From Myxococcota bacterium (GTDB lineage: Bacteria; Myxococcota_A; UBA796; UBA2385), in assembly GCA_044344255.1 (NCBI GenBank), contig JBIJDH010000044.1:1-33677 (forward strand): a DNA stretch of 33,677 nucleotides. The letters are read 5' to 3'. Below are positions 25,709 to 33,677 of this stretch, one piece after another; position 1 is the first letter of the stretch; each line of letters starts with the position of its first letter. The position numbers and the translations under genes were made by a program. The notes under the pieces are model-generated. The model ran no database searches, was not told the DNA's origin, and saw only the letters and a program-made list of their open reading frames with translations.

Positions 25709-26479
25709 TCACCACCGGTTCTTCGCCTCCCGCCAGGCGGTGAAGACGGCGTCGGCGTCGGCGGCATCGGCCCCCAAACGCGCGGCGGCGGCGGCCACGG
25801 CGGGCGCGGCCCATCGGAGGAAGGGGTTGGTCTCAAGCTCGACCGACAGGGGCTCGCCCATGGTGTGGGCCCCCGCGGCCCGGCGCGCGCGGACAGACCG
25901 CAGGCGGGCCTCGACGGCGGGCTCGGGCGCGAGCTCGAGCGCGAATTCGAGGTTCTTGACCGTGTACTCGTGGCCCGACCAGACGCGCAGGGCCCCGTCC
26001 AAGGCGGCGAGGCGGGCGAGGCTCTGCCGCATCATCGGCATCGTACCCTCGAAGACGCGCCCGCAGCCGCCGGCGAAGAGGGTGTCGCCGGTGAAGAGGT
26101 GCCCCTCGAGCTCAAAGGCGACCGCACCGAGCGTGTGGCCGGGGATGCTGTGCACGCGGGCCTCAAAGGGGCCGGTGCGGAGGACCTCTCCGTCGGAGAC
26201 CCCCTGGCTCTGCCCCTCGATGAGCCCGCGGTCGAGGTCAACCCGACTGCCGACCACCGGGGCGCCGAAGCGGGCCGCCAGAGCCTGGACCCCGCCGATG
26301 TGATCCCAGTGGTGGTGGGTGCACCAGACGCCCACGAGGCGGCGGCCGTCGAGGGCCCGGAGCACGGGCTCCTCCTCGGAGGGGTCGATGACGAGGGCCT
26401 CATCGCCGAGGCAGAGCAGGTAGGCGTAGTTGTCGGAGAGGCAGGGGACGGCGAGCACGGAGAGGGGGTCGAGGCTCAC
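25709..26479 (-). CDS. gloB: Hydroxyacylglutathione hydrolase (glyoxalase II)
   Basis: DNYAYL, THHHWDHIGG, PGHT, FTGDTLFAGGCGR.FEG, GHEYT..N, E.ETNPFLR. GTG start overlaps the upstream stop. Confidence 0.92.
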   Translation of the reverse strand: MSLDPLSVLAVPCLSDNYAYLLCLGDEALVIDPSEEEPVLRALDGRRLVGVWCTHHHWDHIGGVQALAARFGAPVVGSRVDLDRGLIEGQSQGVSDGEVLRTGPFEARVHSIPGHTLGAVAFELEGHLFTGDTLFAGGCGRVFEGTMPMMRQSLARLAALDGALRVWSGHEYTVKNLEFALELAPEPAVEARLRSVRARRAAGAHTMGEPLSVELETNPFLRWAAPAVAAAAARLGADAADADAVFTAWREAKNRW

Positions 26480-27147
26480 TGGGGCGTCCGTCGGCCCACC
26501 TCACCGGCGATGTCGGCGAGGTTGGTGGGCAGGGTGCGGGTGGCGGCGAACTCACCGGCCCAGGAGGGCAGCGAGCCGCCGGCGTTGGTGCAGATCCGGT
26601 AGCGGATCTTGGTCTGCCCCGCGCCGGCGGGGCTGAAGGTCCAGTCGCCCACGTTGACGCTCGGCACGACGGCGCCGCTGTACTTCGTGGTGACCTCGGC
26701 GTAGGCCTCTGGATAGGCGGTGGCGCCGTCGATGGGCTCCCAGCGAAAGCCGCGGTCGGCGCCGTTCGAGAACTGGGTGCCGCGGAGGAACCAGTAGCGG
26801 TCGGAGACCGGCGCGGGGTTGTCGAGCACCTGCACGTAGTCAAAGGAGCTCGTGCCGTTCGAGAGCTTCTTCGAGTACGGCACCTTCCAGGTAGACCAGC
26901 CGCCCTGGTGGTTGATGTCCATCGAGGCCGCGACGTAGGTGTCGACCGCGCCGCGGGCGGTGGCGGTGCCCTCGAGGCAGTCCTCGCCGGCCACCTTCTT
27001 GTGGCGGACGACGACCTCGCCCACATGGTCGAGCTTCTTGCGGTCGACCTCCTCCCAGCCCGAGGCCGACTCGAGGCCGGCGCGGAGGGTGGCGTTGTCA
27101 GCCGAGTGGGCGGGGAGGGCCAGCGTGAGGGCGAGGGCGGTGAGCAT
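26476..27147 (-). CDS. Exported protein, possibly START/SRPBCC fold
   Basis: Signal peptide MLTALALTLALPAHSA; P.PVSDRY and T..GGSLPSW resemble START-domain motifs. Confidence 0.65.
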   Translation of the reverse strand: MLTALALTLALPAHSADNATLRAGLESASGWEEVDRKKLDHVGEVVVRHKKVAGEDCLEGTATARGAVDTYVAASMDINHQGGWSTWKVPYSKKLSNGTSSFDYVQVLDNPAPVSDRYWFLRGTQFSNGADRGFRWEPIDGATAYPEAYAEVTTKYSGAVVPSVNVGDWTFSPAGAGQTKIRYRICTNAGGSLPSWAGEFAATRTLPTNLADIAGEVGRRTPQ

Positions 27148-27203
27148 GGGGCAGTGTGTCCGGGCGGAGGGGCGACGGCAAGGCGGGCCCGCGGGGTTCG
27201 GGC

Positions 27204-28859
27204 TCAGGGGCTGAAACGCGCCCAGGCCGCGGCGCGTTCCCTGGGGTCGGCGGCGCTGGGCGAGGCGGGGATCGCGGCCGCCACCACCCGCTCGCCGCCG
27301 TCGGTGCGGACGAGGGCCGCGGGGTCGAGCGCCGCGAGCGCGGGGGAGAGGCGGGCGAGGTCGCCCTCGCTGAAGACGTCTGTGTGGACGACGAGGGTGG
27401 TGAAGCCGAGCTCGCCCAGGCCGAGGCGGAGGCCCTCGGCGTCACCCGCGAAGAGCCGCGAGAGCGCCCAGCGGCCGAGCACCACCCGGGGGCTCGGCAC
27501 GCCCGGGCTGGCGACGCAGAGGTCGGCGATCGGGCGGTGGTGGACGGCCTGGTAGGCGCAGCCGAGGTTGGTGGTGCGCAGCTCCCAGCCGGGGGCGGCC
27601 TCGACGTTCTCCGGCCAGAGGTCGAGCACGGGGCCCTCGGCCTCCGCGTAGACCGACGGGGCGAGGGCGAGGGTCTCGCGCTGTCGAATCGGCATGCGGG
27701 GGAGGAGGAAGGCGTCGCCGAGCGCAAAGACGACGAGGCCCCAGGCGGCGCGGGGCTGGCGGTCGGCGAGGGCGGTGGCCACCCGCGCCCCGACCGCCCC
27801 GGCGCAGAGGAGGAAGGTCCAGCCGAGGCGCTCGGGGAAACGCTGGAGCGAGGCGGTGAGCACGGAGAGGAGGCCATCCGGCACGAGCGCGCCCAGGGCC
27901 GGGAGCAGCGTCAGGGCGAGGGCGGCGAGCCCGGTGCCGGCCACGCCGCGCCAGCCGCGCTCCCCCCGGAGCACGACCGGCGCCACGGCGAGGAGGGCGA
28001 GGCTGAGGCCGGGGAGCACGGCGGTCTGCGAATTCCCGGAGACGTCCACGGAGGGGAGCGCGGCGGCGAGGCGGACCAGGGTGCCGAGCAGCGCCGCCGA
28101 GGGCCCGCCGGCGTGACGGAGCGCCTCCTCGCCGCCGCCGCCGCCCTGGGCGAAGGCGCGGAGGTAGAGCGCGAGCGGCGCGGCCACCGTGAGCAGGGCG
28201 GCCAGGGCCGGTTGCCAGGGCAGGCGGCGACCGAGGCGGAGCGCGCCGGCGGCGCCGAGGCCCAGCAGGAGCACCAGCGCCGCGAGCCCGAGCCAGGCCG
28301 TGCTGAGCAGGCAGAGGAGGAAGGTGAGGGCGACGGCCACGCCGTGCGCGGCCCGCCCGTCGGGGGCCGTGGCGCGGAGGAGGGCGAGGCCGAGCAGGGG
28401 GAGCCAAGGGTCGAGGGTGTGGTAGGCGTAGCCCTCGAGCAGGGCCGTGCTGCCGAGGCCCGAGCAGGCGAAGGCGAGGCCGGCGAGCAGCGACCAGGGG
28501 GCGCGGGCGCCGAGCGCGCGGGCGAAGGCCTCCGCCGCCCAGGCCGAGGCCCACACCCCGACGAGGCCGAGCAGGGCGTGCAGGCGAGCGGCGCTGACCA
28601 GGGCCGTGAGCGGCGAGAGGGCCATCAGCAAGTAGCTGTCCGGCCGCCCGTAGGTGGCGCCGACCGGCCAGCCGGTGAGCGGATCGGCGCCACCGATCAG
28701 GCGGCCCCCCGCTGAGATGAACCAGACCGTGCCGGGGGCGTCCGGGTTGTGGCCAAGGATGCCCGGGGAGACGAGGGCGGGCCAGGTCCACACCGCCGCG
28801 ACGAGGGCGAGCAGGAGCGGGGTCCAGCGGCCCCACCCGCCGGGGGGCGGGCCGCTCAT
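27204..28859 (-). CDS. Polytopic membrane protein, GT-C/YfhO-like
   Basis: WTWP after the first TM, an acidic residue in the first loop, about 12 hydrophobic helices, RFPER, YQAVHHRPI. ATG overlaps the upstream TGA. It is the C-terminal part of ORF 27204..29762. Confidence 0.65.
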   Translation of the reverse strand: MSGPPPGGWGRWTPLLLALVAAVWTWPALVSPGILGHNPDAPGTVWFISAGGRLIGGADPLTGWPVGATYGRPDSYLLMALSPLTALVSAARLHALLGLVGVWASAWAAEAFARALGARAPWSLLAGLAFACSGLGSTALLEGYAYHTLDPWLPLLGLALLRATAPDGRAAHGVAVALTFLLCLLSTAWLGLAALVLLLGLGAAGALRLGRRLPWQPALAALLTVAAPLALYLRAFAQGGGGGEEALRHAGGPSAALLGTLVRLAAALPSVDVSGNSQTAVLPGLSLALLAVAPVVLRGERGWRGVAGTGLAALALTLLPALGALVPDGLLSVLTASLQRFPERLGWTFLLCAGAVGARVATALADRQPRAAWGLVVFALGDAFLLPRMPIRQRETLALAPSVYAEAEGPVLDLWPENVEAAPGWELRTTNLGCAYQAVHHRPIADLCVASPGVPSPRVVLGRWALSRLFAGDAEGLRLGLGELGFTTLVVHTDVFSEGDLARLSPALAALDPAALVRTDGGERVVAAAIPASPSAADPRERAAAWARFSP

Positions 28860-29440
28860 CGGGCCGACCGGGGCCGGCCCTTCTCGGCGGGTCGGGTGAC
28901 GAGGAAGGCCACGTAGGCGAAGGCGAGCAGCATCCAGCCGAGGGAGGCCACCACGCCGGCCTCGTCGGAGATCGCGGAGGAGCGGCCGGGCAAGGGGGCG
29001 GCCGTCCGCCGGGCCCGCGGGGGCCGGCCGCCCTCGTCGGCCTCGAGGACCCAGACGAGGCGGTCGTCGCCGAGGGCCAGGGTCTCGGTCGAGGCGGCGA
29101 GCTCGACACGCTCCTCCCCGGGGGCGCGGGCGTAGAGCCGGAGCGCGAGCTGACGCACCGGGAGCCCGGTCCACTCGGCGCTGTAGAGGCCATCCCCGGG
29201 GCGGCCATCGGCCCCGCGCCCGTCGTCCTGGAGCTCGACGCGGCGGGCCTCTCCGAGCCAGACCGTCTCCGCCTCGAGGCGCAGCCCCGCCGGGGCGCCC
29301 TCGGCCCGGAGCTCGAGCCGCACCCGCTGCGCCGGCGACTCGTCGGCCCGCGCGCCCGAGCTCCCCGCACCGCCCAAGGCAAAGGCCAGGGCGAGCGCCC
29401 GCGGCCGGGCCCAGGTTCGGGAGGGGGCGGACAGGGCCAT
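28856..29440 (-). CDS. Exported protein with choice-of-anchor X-like motif and C-terminal TM anchor
   Basis: Signal peptide; LQDDGRGADGRPGDGLYSAEW (L.DDG...D....DG.YS); C-terminal hydrophobic helix followed by a basic tail. Confidence 0.7.
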   Translation of the reverse strand: MALSAPSRTWARPRALALAFALGGAGSSGARADESPAQRVRLELRAEGAPAGLRLEAETVWLGEARRVELQDDGRGADGRPGDGLYSAEWTGLPVRQLALRLYARAPGEERVELAASTETLALGDDRLVWVLEADEGGRPPRARRTAAPLPGRSSAISDEAGVVASLGWMLLAFAYVAFLVTRPAEKGRPRSAR

Positions 29441-29716
29441 GGGTCGACGCTACCACGCTTCCCGCCGGAGGGCCCGACGAGACGCTGGTGTAGAGTCTTG
29501 CGGACCTTCGTCCGATGAACAAAGGGCGCTGGACGACGCAACTCGAGCGATCGCGCCCTACGGGGTCCCGTCCTCTGGGGCTGATCCAGCGAGTACGATC
29601 TGTATCGCAAAACCGCGGCGAGGGACTCTCCCCGTCCGCGCCGCTCGTGTAGGCCCATGATACGGCGCGCCGGGACCACGTCCTGGCGACCGCCCCCTCC
29701 TCCGGGCTGCAGCGAC

Positions 29717-31216
29717 ATGGTCTTCTCCTCTCCGGTCTTCCTCTTCCTGTTCCTCCCCGCATGCTTGCTCTGCATGGTGGTCGCCTCGCTGCTCGATCGC
29801 GCGTTCGCCCCCCGTCTCTCCGTTTTCTCCGCCGTGGGTCGCGCGCTCGGTCGCCACCCCGTGGCCAACATCGCGCTCGTGCTGTTCTCGCTCGGCTTCT
29901 ACTTCTACGGGGCCGGCCCCGAGACGCTGGTGCTGCTCGCTTCCATCGCGATCAGCTGGCTGTGCGGGATGCTGATCGGCGGGAACCCGGACCGCCCCGA
30001 CCTGCAGAGGCTCGGCCTCGTCCTCTCCGTCGGGGGGCAGCTCGCGGCGCTCGGCTACTACAAGTACGCCAACTTCTTCATCGACCAGCTCAACGTCATC
30101 CTCGAGCTCGCGCAGGCCCGACAGATCCGCAGCGTCTCCGCCACCCTCCCCGCCGGCATCTCCTTCTTTGTCTTCCACGGGATCTCGTACACCATCGACA
30201 TCCACCGGCGACAGGCAAAGCAGCTCCGCAGCCCGCTCGACGTCGCCTTGTACCTGACGATGTTCCCGCAGCTCATCGCGGGCCCGATCATCCGCTTCGC
30301 CTCCATCTCCGCGCAGCTCCATGACCGCAGGGTCCGCGTCGAGGACGTCTCGAAGGGGATCGTCCGCTTCGTCTACGGCCTCGCAAAGAAGGTGATCTTC
30401 GCCGACGCGCTCGGTCAGGTGACCGACGCCATCTTCGGCCTCCCCACGGCGGAGCTGACCACGGCGGCCGCCCTCCTCGGCACGCTCTCCTACACGCTGC
30501 AGATCTACTTCGACTTCTCGGCCTATTCGGACATGGCGGTGGGCCTCGGGCGGGTCTTCGGCTTCCGCTTCCCGGAGAATTTCAAGCGCCCGCTGTCGGC
30601 GACGTCCATCACCGACTTCTGGCGCCGCTGGCACATCACGCTGTCCTTCTGGTTCCGGGACTACGTGTACAAGCCGCTCGGCGGCTCCCGCACCTCCTTC
30701 TGGCGGACCGGCTTCAACCTCGGCACCGTCTTCCTCCTCTCCGGCCTCTGGCACGGCGCCACCTGGACCTTCGTGGCCTGGGGGGCCTACCACGGCCTCT
30801 GGCTCACCCTCGAGCGCGCCTTCCGCACGGAGGGCAAGGCCCTGGAGCCCACCACCTGGCTCCCGCTCCGTCGGGCCCGCACCTTCCTCATCGTGGCGCT
30901 GGGCTTCATGCTGTTTCGCGCCGAAGGCTTCGACCAGGCGCTGGCCTTCGGCGAGCAGATGCTGCGCCCCACCCGGTGGGACCTCCCCTTCGATGTGCTG
31001 CTGACGCTCACGCATCGGAACCTGCTCGTCCTCACCCTGGCCGCGGCCTCCGTCCTCTTCCCCTCCTCCTTCGCCTTCGGACCGTGGCTGGAGGGCGAGA
31101 CGAGGGGATGGACGATCTCCGCTGCTCGCCTCGGCCTGATGACCGTCGGGCTCGTCTGGATCAGCCTCGTGATCTCGAGCAACCACTTCTCTCCCTTCAT
31201 TTATTTCCGGTTCTGA
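29717..31216 (+). CDS. MBOAT O-acyltransferase (AlgI/PatA/DltB family)
   Basis: MVFSS..FLFLFLP, LPAGISFF, FPQLIAGPI, QIYFDFSAYSDMA, FWRRWHITLS, LSGLWHGA (catalytic His), FIYFRF. Confidence 0.95.
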   Translation: MVFSSPVFLFLFLPACLLCMVVASLLDRAFAPRLSVFSAVGRALGRHPVANIALVLFSLGFYFYGAGPETLVLLASIAISWLCGMLIGGNPDRPDLQRLGLVLSVGGQLAALGYYKYANFFIDQLNVILELAQARQIRSVSATLPAGISFFVFHGISYTIDIHRRQAKQLRSPLDVALYLTMFPQLIAGPIIRFASISAQLHDRRVRVEDVSKGIVRFVYGLAKKVIFADALGQVTDAIFGLPTAELTTAAALLGTLSYTLQIYFDFSAYSDMAVGLGRVFGFRFPENFKRPLSATSITDFWRRWHITLSFWFRDYVYKPLGGSRTSFWRTGFNLGTVFLLSGLWHGATWTFVAWGAYHGLWLTLERAFRTEGKALEPTTWLPLRRARTFLIVALGFMLFRAEGFDQALAFGEQMLRPTRWDLPFDVLLTLTHRNLLVLTLAAASVLFPSSFAFGPWLEGETRGWTISAARLGLMTVGLVWISLVISSNHFSPFIYFRF

Positions 31217-31217
31217 A

Positions 31218-32429
31218 ATGAAGGACCCCACCGGCCTCGTCTGCATCGCCCTCTTCCTGGCCTGGCTCTCCGCCCCGGGCCTGGCCGTGCTGGCCGGCGT
31301 CCCCGGCGGCGGGGGCGAGCTGGAGAACCGGACCACCCATCCCTTCCCGGAGCTGCGGGCCCGAAAGGTCTGGAAGGGGAGCTGGGCGGCACAGTTCAGC
31401 GACTACGTCTGGGACCGCATCCCCTTCCGCGGGGAGCTCACCCGCCTCGAGCACGCCCTCTCGGCGGAGGTCTTCGGCGACTCGCCGGTCCCCGGGACCA
31501 TCATCGTCGGGGAGGGCGACTTTCAGTATGTTCGTGATCGGAGCCTCGGATCGAGGGGAGGATACGTCGACGCCGAACGACTGTTCACCGCCATCGACAC
31601 CATCGAGGCCGCCTTCGACGCGGCCCAGGTCCCGCTCGTCCTCGTGGTCACTCCGACCAAGGCCGTCGCGCACCCAGAATTCATGCCGCCCGAGATGCGC
31701 GCGGTGTTCGACACCACGGTGCAAGCCGTCAGCGACCAGCTCGAAGACCGCGCGCGGACCGATCCGCACATGCTCTCGATGTGGCCCATCCTGCGAGCCG
31801 AGAAGGAGAGGCTGCGGAGCGCCGCCCTCCCCGACGAGCGCCTGCGCACCCTCTTCCGCGCGCACGACCTCCACTGGAACGTGGAGACCGGCCTCCTGCA
31901 GGCCCGCGCCATCGTCGACCACCTGTCGCCCGGGCGCTGGGACCCGCGCTGCGCCCCCCGCCTCGAAGGCGCCTTCGTCGAGCTCGATCCCGAGCTGAAG
32001 AAGATCTACACGAAGCTCGGCCCGACAGAGCCCTATCAGGCCCTCCGCCTGAGCCCGGAGGTTCAGCAGGGCCGCCGTCGGCTCGACCCGAGCACCGTGG
32101 AGCTCCGCACCCGCTCTACCTGCGCGCCCGATCCGCGCGCCCTCGGCGTGCTCCGGGACTCCTTCCTCGACAGCGTCGAGTCCGGGCCGGCCGCGGCCCA
32201 GAATGGAAGCGTGGAGTCCATCGCCTCCTTCTTCGCCGAGTCCCGGTTCCTGCACTGGGACGCGGTCATCGAGAAGGCAGAGGCGGCCAACGTCCTCGAG
32301 GGCAGTGAGGTGGTGGTCATCCAGGTCGTGCAGAGCAACCTCGGCAACCTCATTGGCCAACAGGAGGCCCTGGTGGCCCTGGCCGCCCGGATCGGCGCGC
32401 GCCGAGCGACGCCCGCCCCGGCGCCCTGA
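31218..32429 (+). CDS. AlgJ/AlgX/PatB-like periplasmic O-acetyltransferase
   Basis: N-terminal TM then ENR...FP, D..PFR, P.K, DLHWN (DxH) and LRDSF (Ser nucleophile). Starts 1 bp after the MBOAT gene. Confidence 0.8.
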   Translation: MKDPTGLVCIALFLAWLSAPGLAVLAGVPGGGGELENRTTHPFPELRARKVWKGSWAAQFSDYVWDRIPFRGELTRLEHALSAEVFGDSPVPGTIIVGEGDFQYVRDRSLGSRGGYVDAERLFTAIDTIEAAFDAAQVPLVLVVTPTKAVAHPEFMPPEMRAVFDTTVQAVSDQLEDRARTDPHMLSMWPILRAEKERLRSAALPDERLRTLFRAHDLHWNVETGLLQARAIVDHLSPGRWDPRCAPRLEGAFVELDPELKKIYTKLGPTEPYQALRLSPEVQQGRRRLDPSTVELRTRSTCAPDPRALGVLRDSFLDSVESGPAAAQNGSVESIASFFAESRFLHWDAVIEKAEAANVLEGSEVVVIQVVQSNLGNLIGQQEALVALAARIGARRATPAPAP

Positions 32430-32449
32430 CCGGTGGTAGGGTGGCCGAC

Positions 32450-33677
32450 ATGGCCCGCCCCCGCACCGCCGCAGCGCGAAAGCCCAGCCCAGGCGGGCCG
32501 GGTCGCGGCCTGCTCGTGGGCCTCACCCTCCTCGGCTTGGGCTTCGTCGGCGTCGGCCTCTGGCGGTCCAGCCGCGCGCCCGCCGACGCGCCGCCCGCCG
32601 AGGCCACCGACGGGAGCGTTGCCCCCACCCTCGGCGGCGCCGACCCTGCCGCCGCAGCGGCATCGGGCCCGCCGATGGGCGGGGTCGCCCCCGGGGTGGT
32701 GCACATCGACGAGCCGGCGCCCACCGAGCAGAGCGCCCCGCGGGAGGGCGCCGTCTGTCCCGGCTGTGACGTGGTGCTGATCACCGTCTGCTCGCTCCGC
32801 CGTGACCACGTCTCGGCCTATGGCGAGCACCCCGGCCTGACGCCGGCCATCGACTCCATCGAGGCCGGCGGCTACCGCTTCGACAACGCCTACGCCGCCT
32901 CCAACTTCACGCTGGCCAGCCTCACGGCCATCCTCACGGGGCGCTACGGCAGCAGCACCGGCGTGCTCGGCTGGGACAAGGGCCTCGTCTCCGACGTGCC
33001 CACCCTGCCCGAGGTCCTCGGCTACTACGGCTACCGCACGGGGGCCTTCACCGTAGACGCCCCCTCCGGCTTTCGGCCGGACTACGGCCTCCACCGGGGC
33101 TTCCAGCGGATGGAGGTGATCCCCTCCCCGCGCAGCACCCCCGATGGCCGCTTCCGCGGCGGGGCGCCCGGACCGGCGGGTGAGAGCGCGATCCCCGTCT
33201 CGGAGTGGATCGCCGCGCAGCCCACCAACCGCCCGATCTTCGCGATGTTCCACTCCCGGTCTGCCCATTTTCCTTTCGTCATCGACGATGACCCCGCAGG
33301 CACCGACCCCTCCGGCATCCACCAGCTCCTCTGGGAGGCCGGCATGGTCGACGCGCGGCAGCGGGGCCAGGCGATGCCGGGGATGGCGGGGGGCACCGCG
33401 CAGCAGGGCGTGGTGCAGATCACCCAGGATCCCCTCCAGGTCGCGGTGCAGGCCGCGGGCGCACCTGCGGTGGAGAGCTGGCGGGCCCGCTACGCCGAGG
33501 CCGTCCACCGCATGGACGCCGACGTCGCCGCCGTGCTCGACGCGCTCCGGGCCCGCGGGACGCTCGACCGCACCGTGATCCTGCTCGTGGCGGACCACGG
33601 GGAGTCCCTCTACGACCACGAAGAGCTCCTCCACGGCGACGCCTATTGGGACTCCGTGATCAACGTGCCCCTGCTGA
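32450..33677 (+). CDS. Sulfatase/alkaline-phosphatase superfamily protein, truncated by window end
   Basis: Not in the ORF track; translated by hand. N-terminal TM, then CPGCDVVLITVCSLRRDHVSAYG...TPAID...FDNAYAASNFTLASLTAILTGRY...LLVADHGESL...HG......INVPLL. Confidence 0.88.
   Translation, partial: MARPRTAAARKPSPGGPGRGLLVGLTLLGLGFVGVGLWRSSRAPADAPPAEATDGSVAPTLGGADPAAAAASGPPMGGVAPGVVHIDEPAPTEQSAPREGAVCPGCDVVLITVCSLRRDHVSAYGEHPGLTPAIDSIEAGGYRFDNAYAASNFTLASLTAILTGRYGSSTGVLGWDKGLVSDVPTLPEVLGYYGYRTGAFTVDAPSGFRPDYGLHRGFQRMEVIPSPRSTPDGRFRGGAPGPAGESAIPVSEWIAAQPTNRPIFAMFHSRSAHFPFVIDDDPAGTDPSGIHQLLWEAGMVDARQRGQAMPGMAGGTAQQGVVQITQDPLQVAVQAAGAPAVESWRARYAEAVHRMDADVAAVLDALRARGTLDRTVILLVADHGESLYDHEELLHGDAYWDSVINVPLL

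Noticed and set aside
29441..29716. Lower-GC intergenic stretch with a 45-codon ORF (29515-29652) or possible ncRNA
   Set aside because: No clear RBS, atypical codons and no recognisable RNA motif; best read as a divergent promoter region.
12..33634. Many long overlapping ORFs (e.g. 12..1112-, 4016..6073+, 6859..8871-, 6885..9773+, 27442..29871-, 29558..31336-, 32063..33634-)
   Set aside because: Antisense or frame-shifted shadows of motif-bearing genes; R/P/G/A-rich with no family motifs, as expected in very high-GC DNA.

Overview
Very GC-rich bacterial DNA, probably Myxococcota or related Deltaproteobacteria. This is inferred from an AgmX/PglI-type protein, a Hanks kinase-WD40 fusion, an FHA-like sigma54 activator and a (GE)n lipoprotein. 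About 27 genes can be supported. Most are ordinary: arsH, M23 peptidase, rhodanese, an SPFH pair, OYE with HxlR, gloB, MBOAT plus AlgJ-like genes and a truncated sulfatase-like gene. The most striking locus is 3490-9792. It contains a complete mini transcription unit that gene callers would miss: tandem 11-bp enhancer-like repeats, a consensus sigma54 promoter, an RBS, a 19-aa ORF (MKTKTNVKAG-IFDRPSLPV) and a hairpin. Next to it lie an unusual sigma54 activator (one intact and apparently two degenerate AAA+ units, one wrapped around the intact one, plus an FHA-like region) and a divergent membrane Ser/Thr kinase with WD40 repeats. Together these look like a candidate peptide-signalling or RiPP-like circuit, lying downstream of a halogenase and carotenoid-oxygenase pair. 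A second notable locus is a coupled P-loop ATPase and NACHT gene pair bracketed by a 15/16-bp direct repeat, a candidate inserted defence cassette. No rRNA, tRNA, CRISPR array or transposase was seen. All family calls come from motif recognition by eye; no searches were run.
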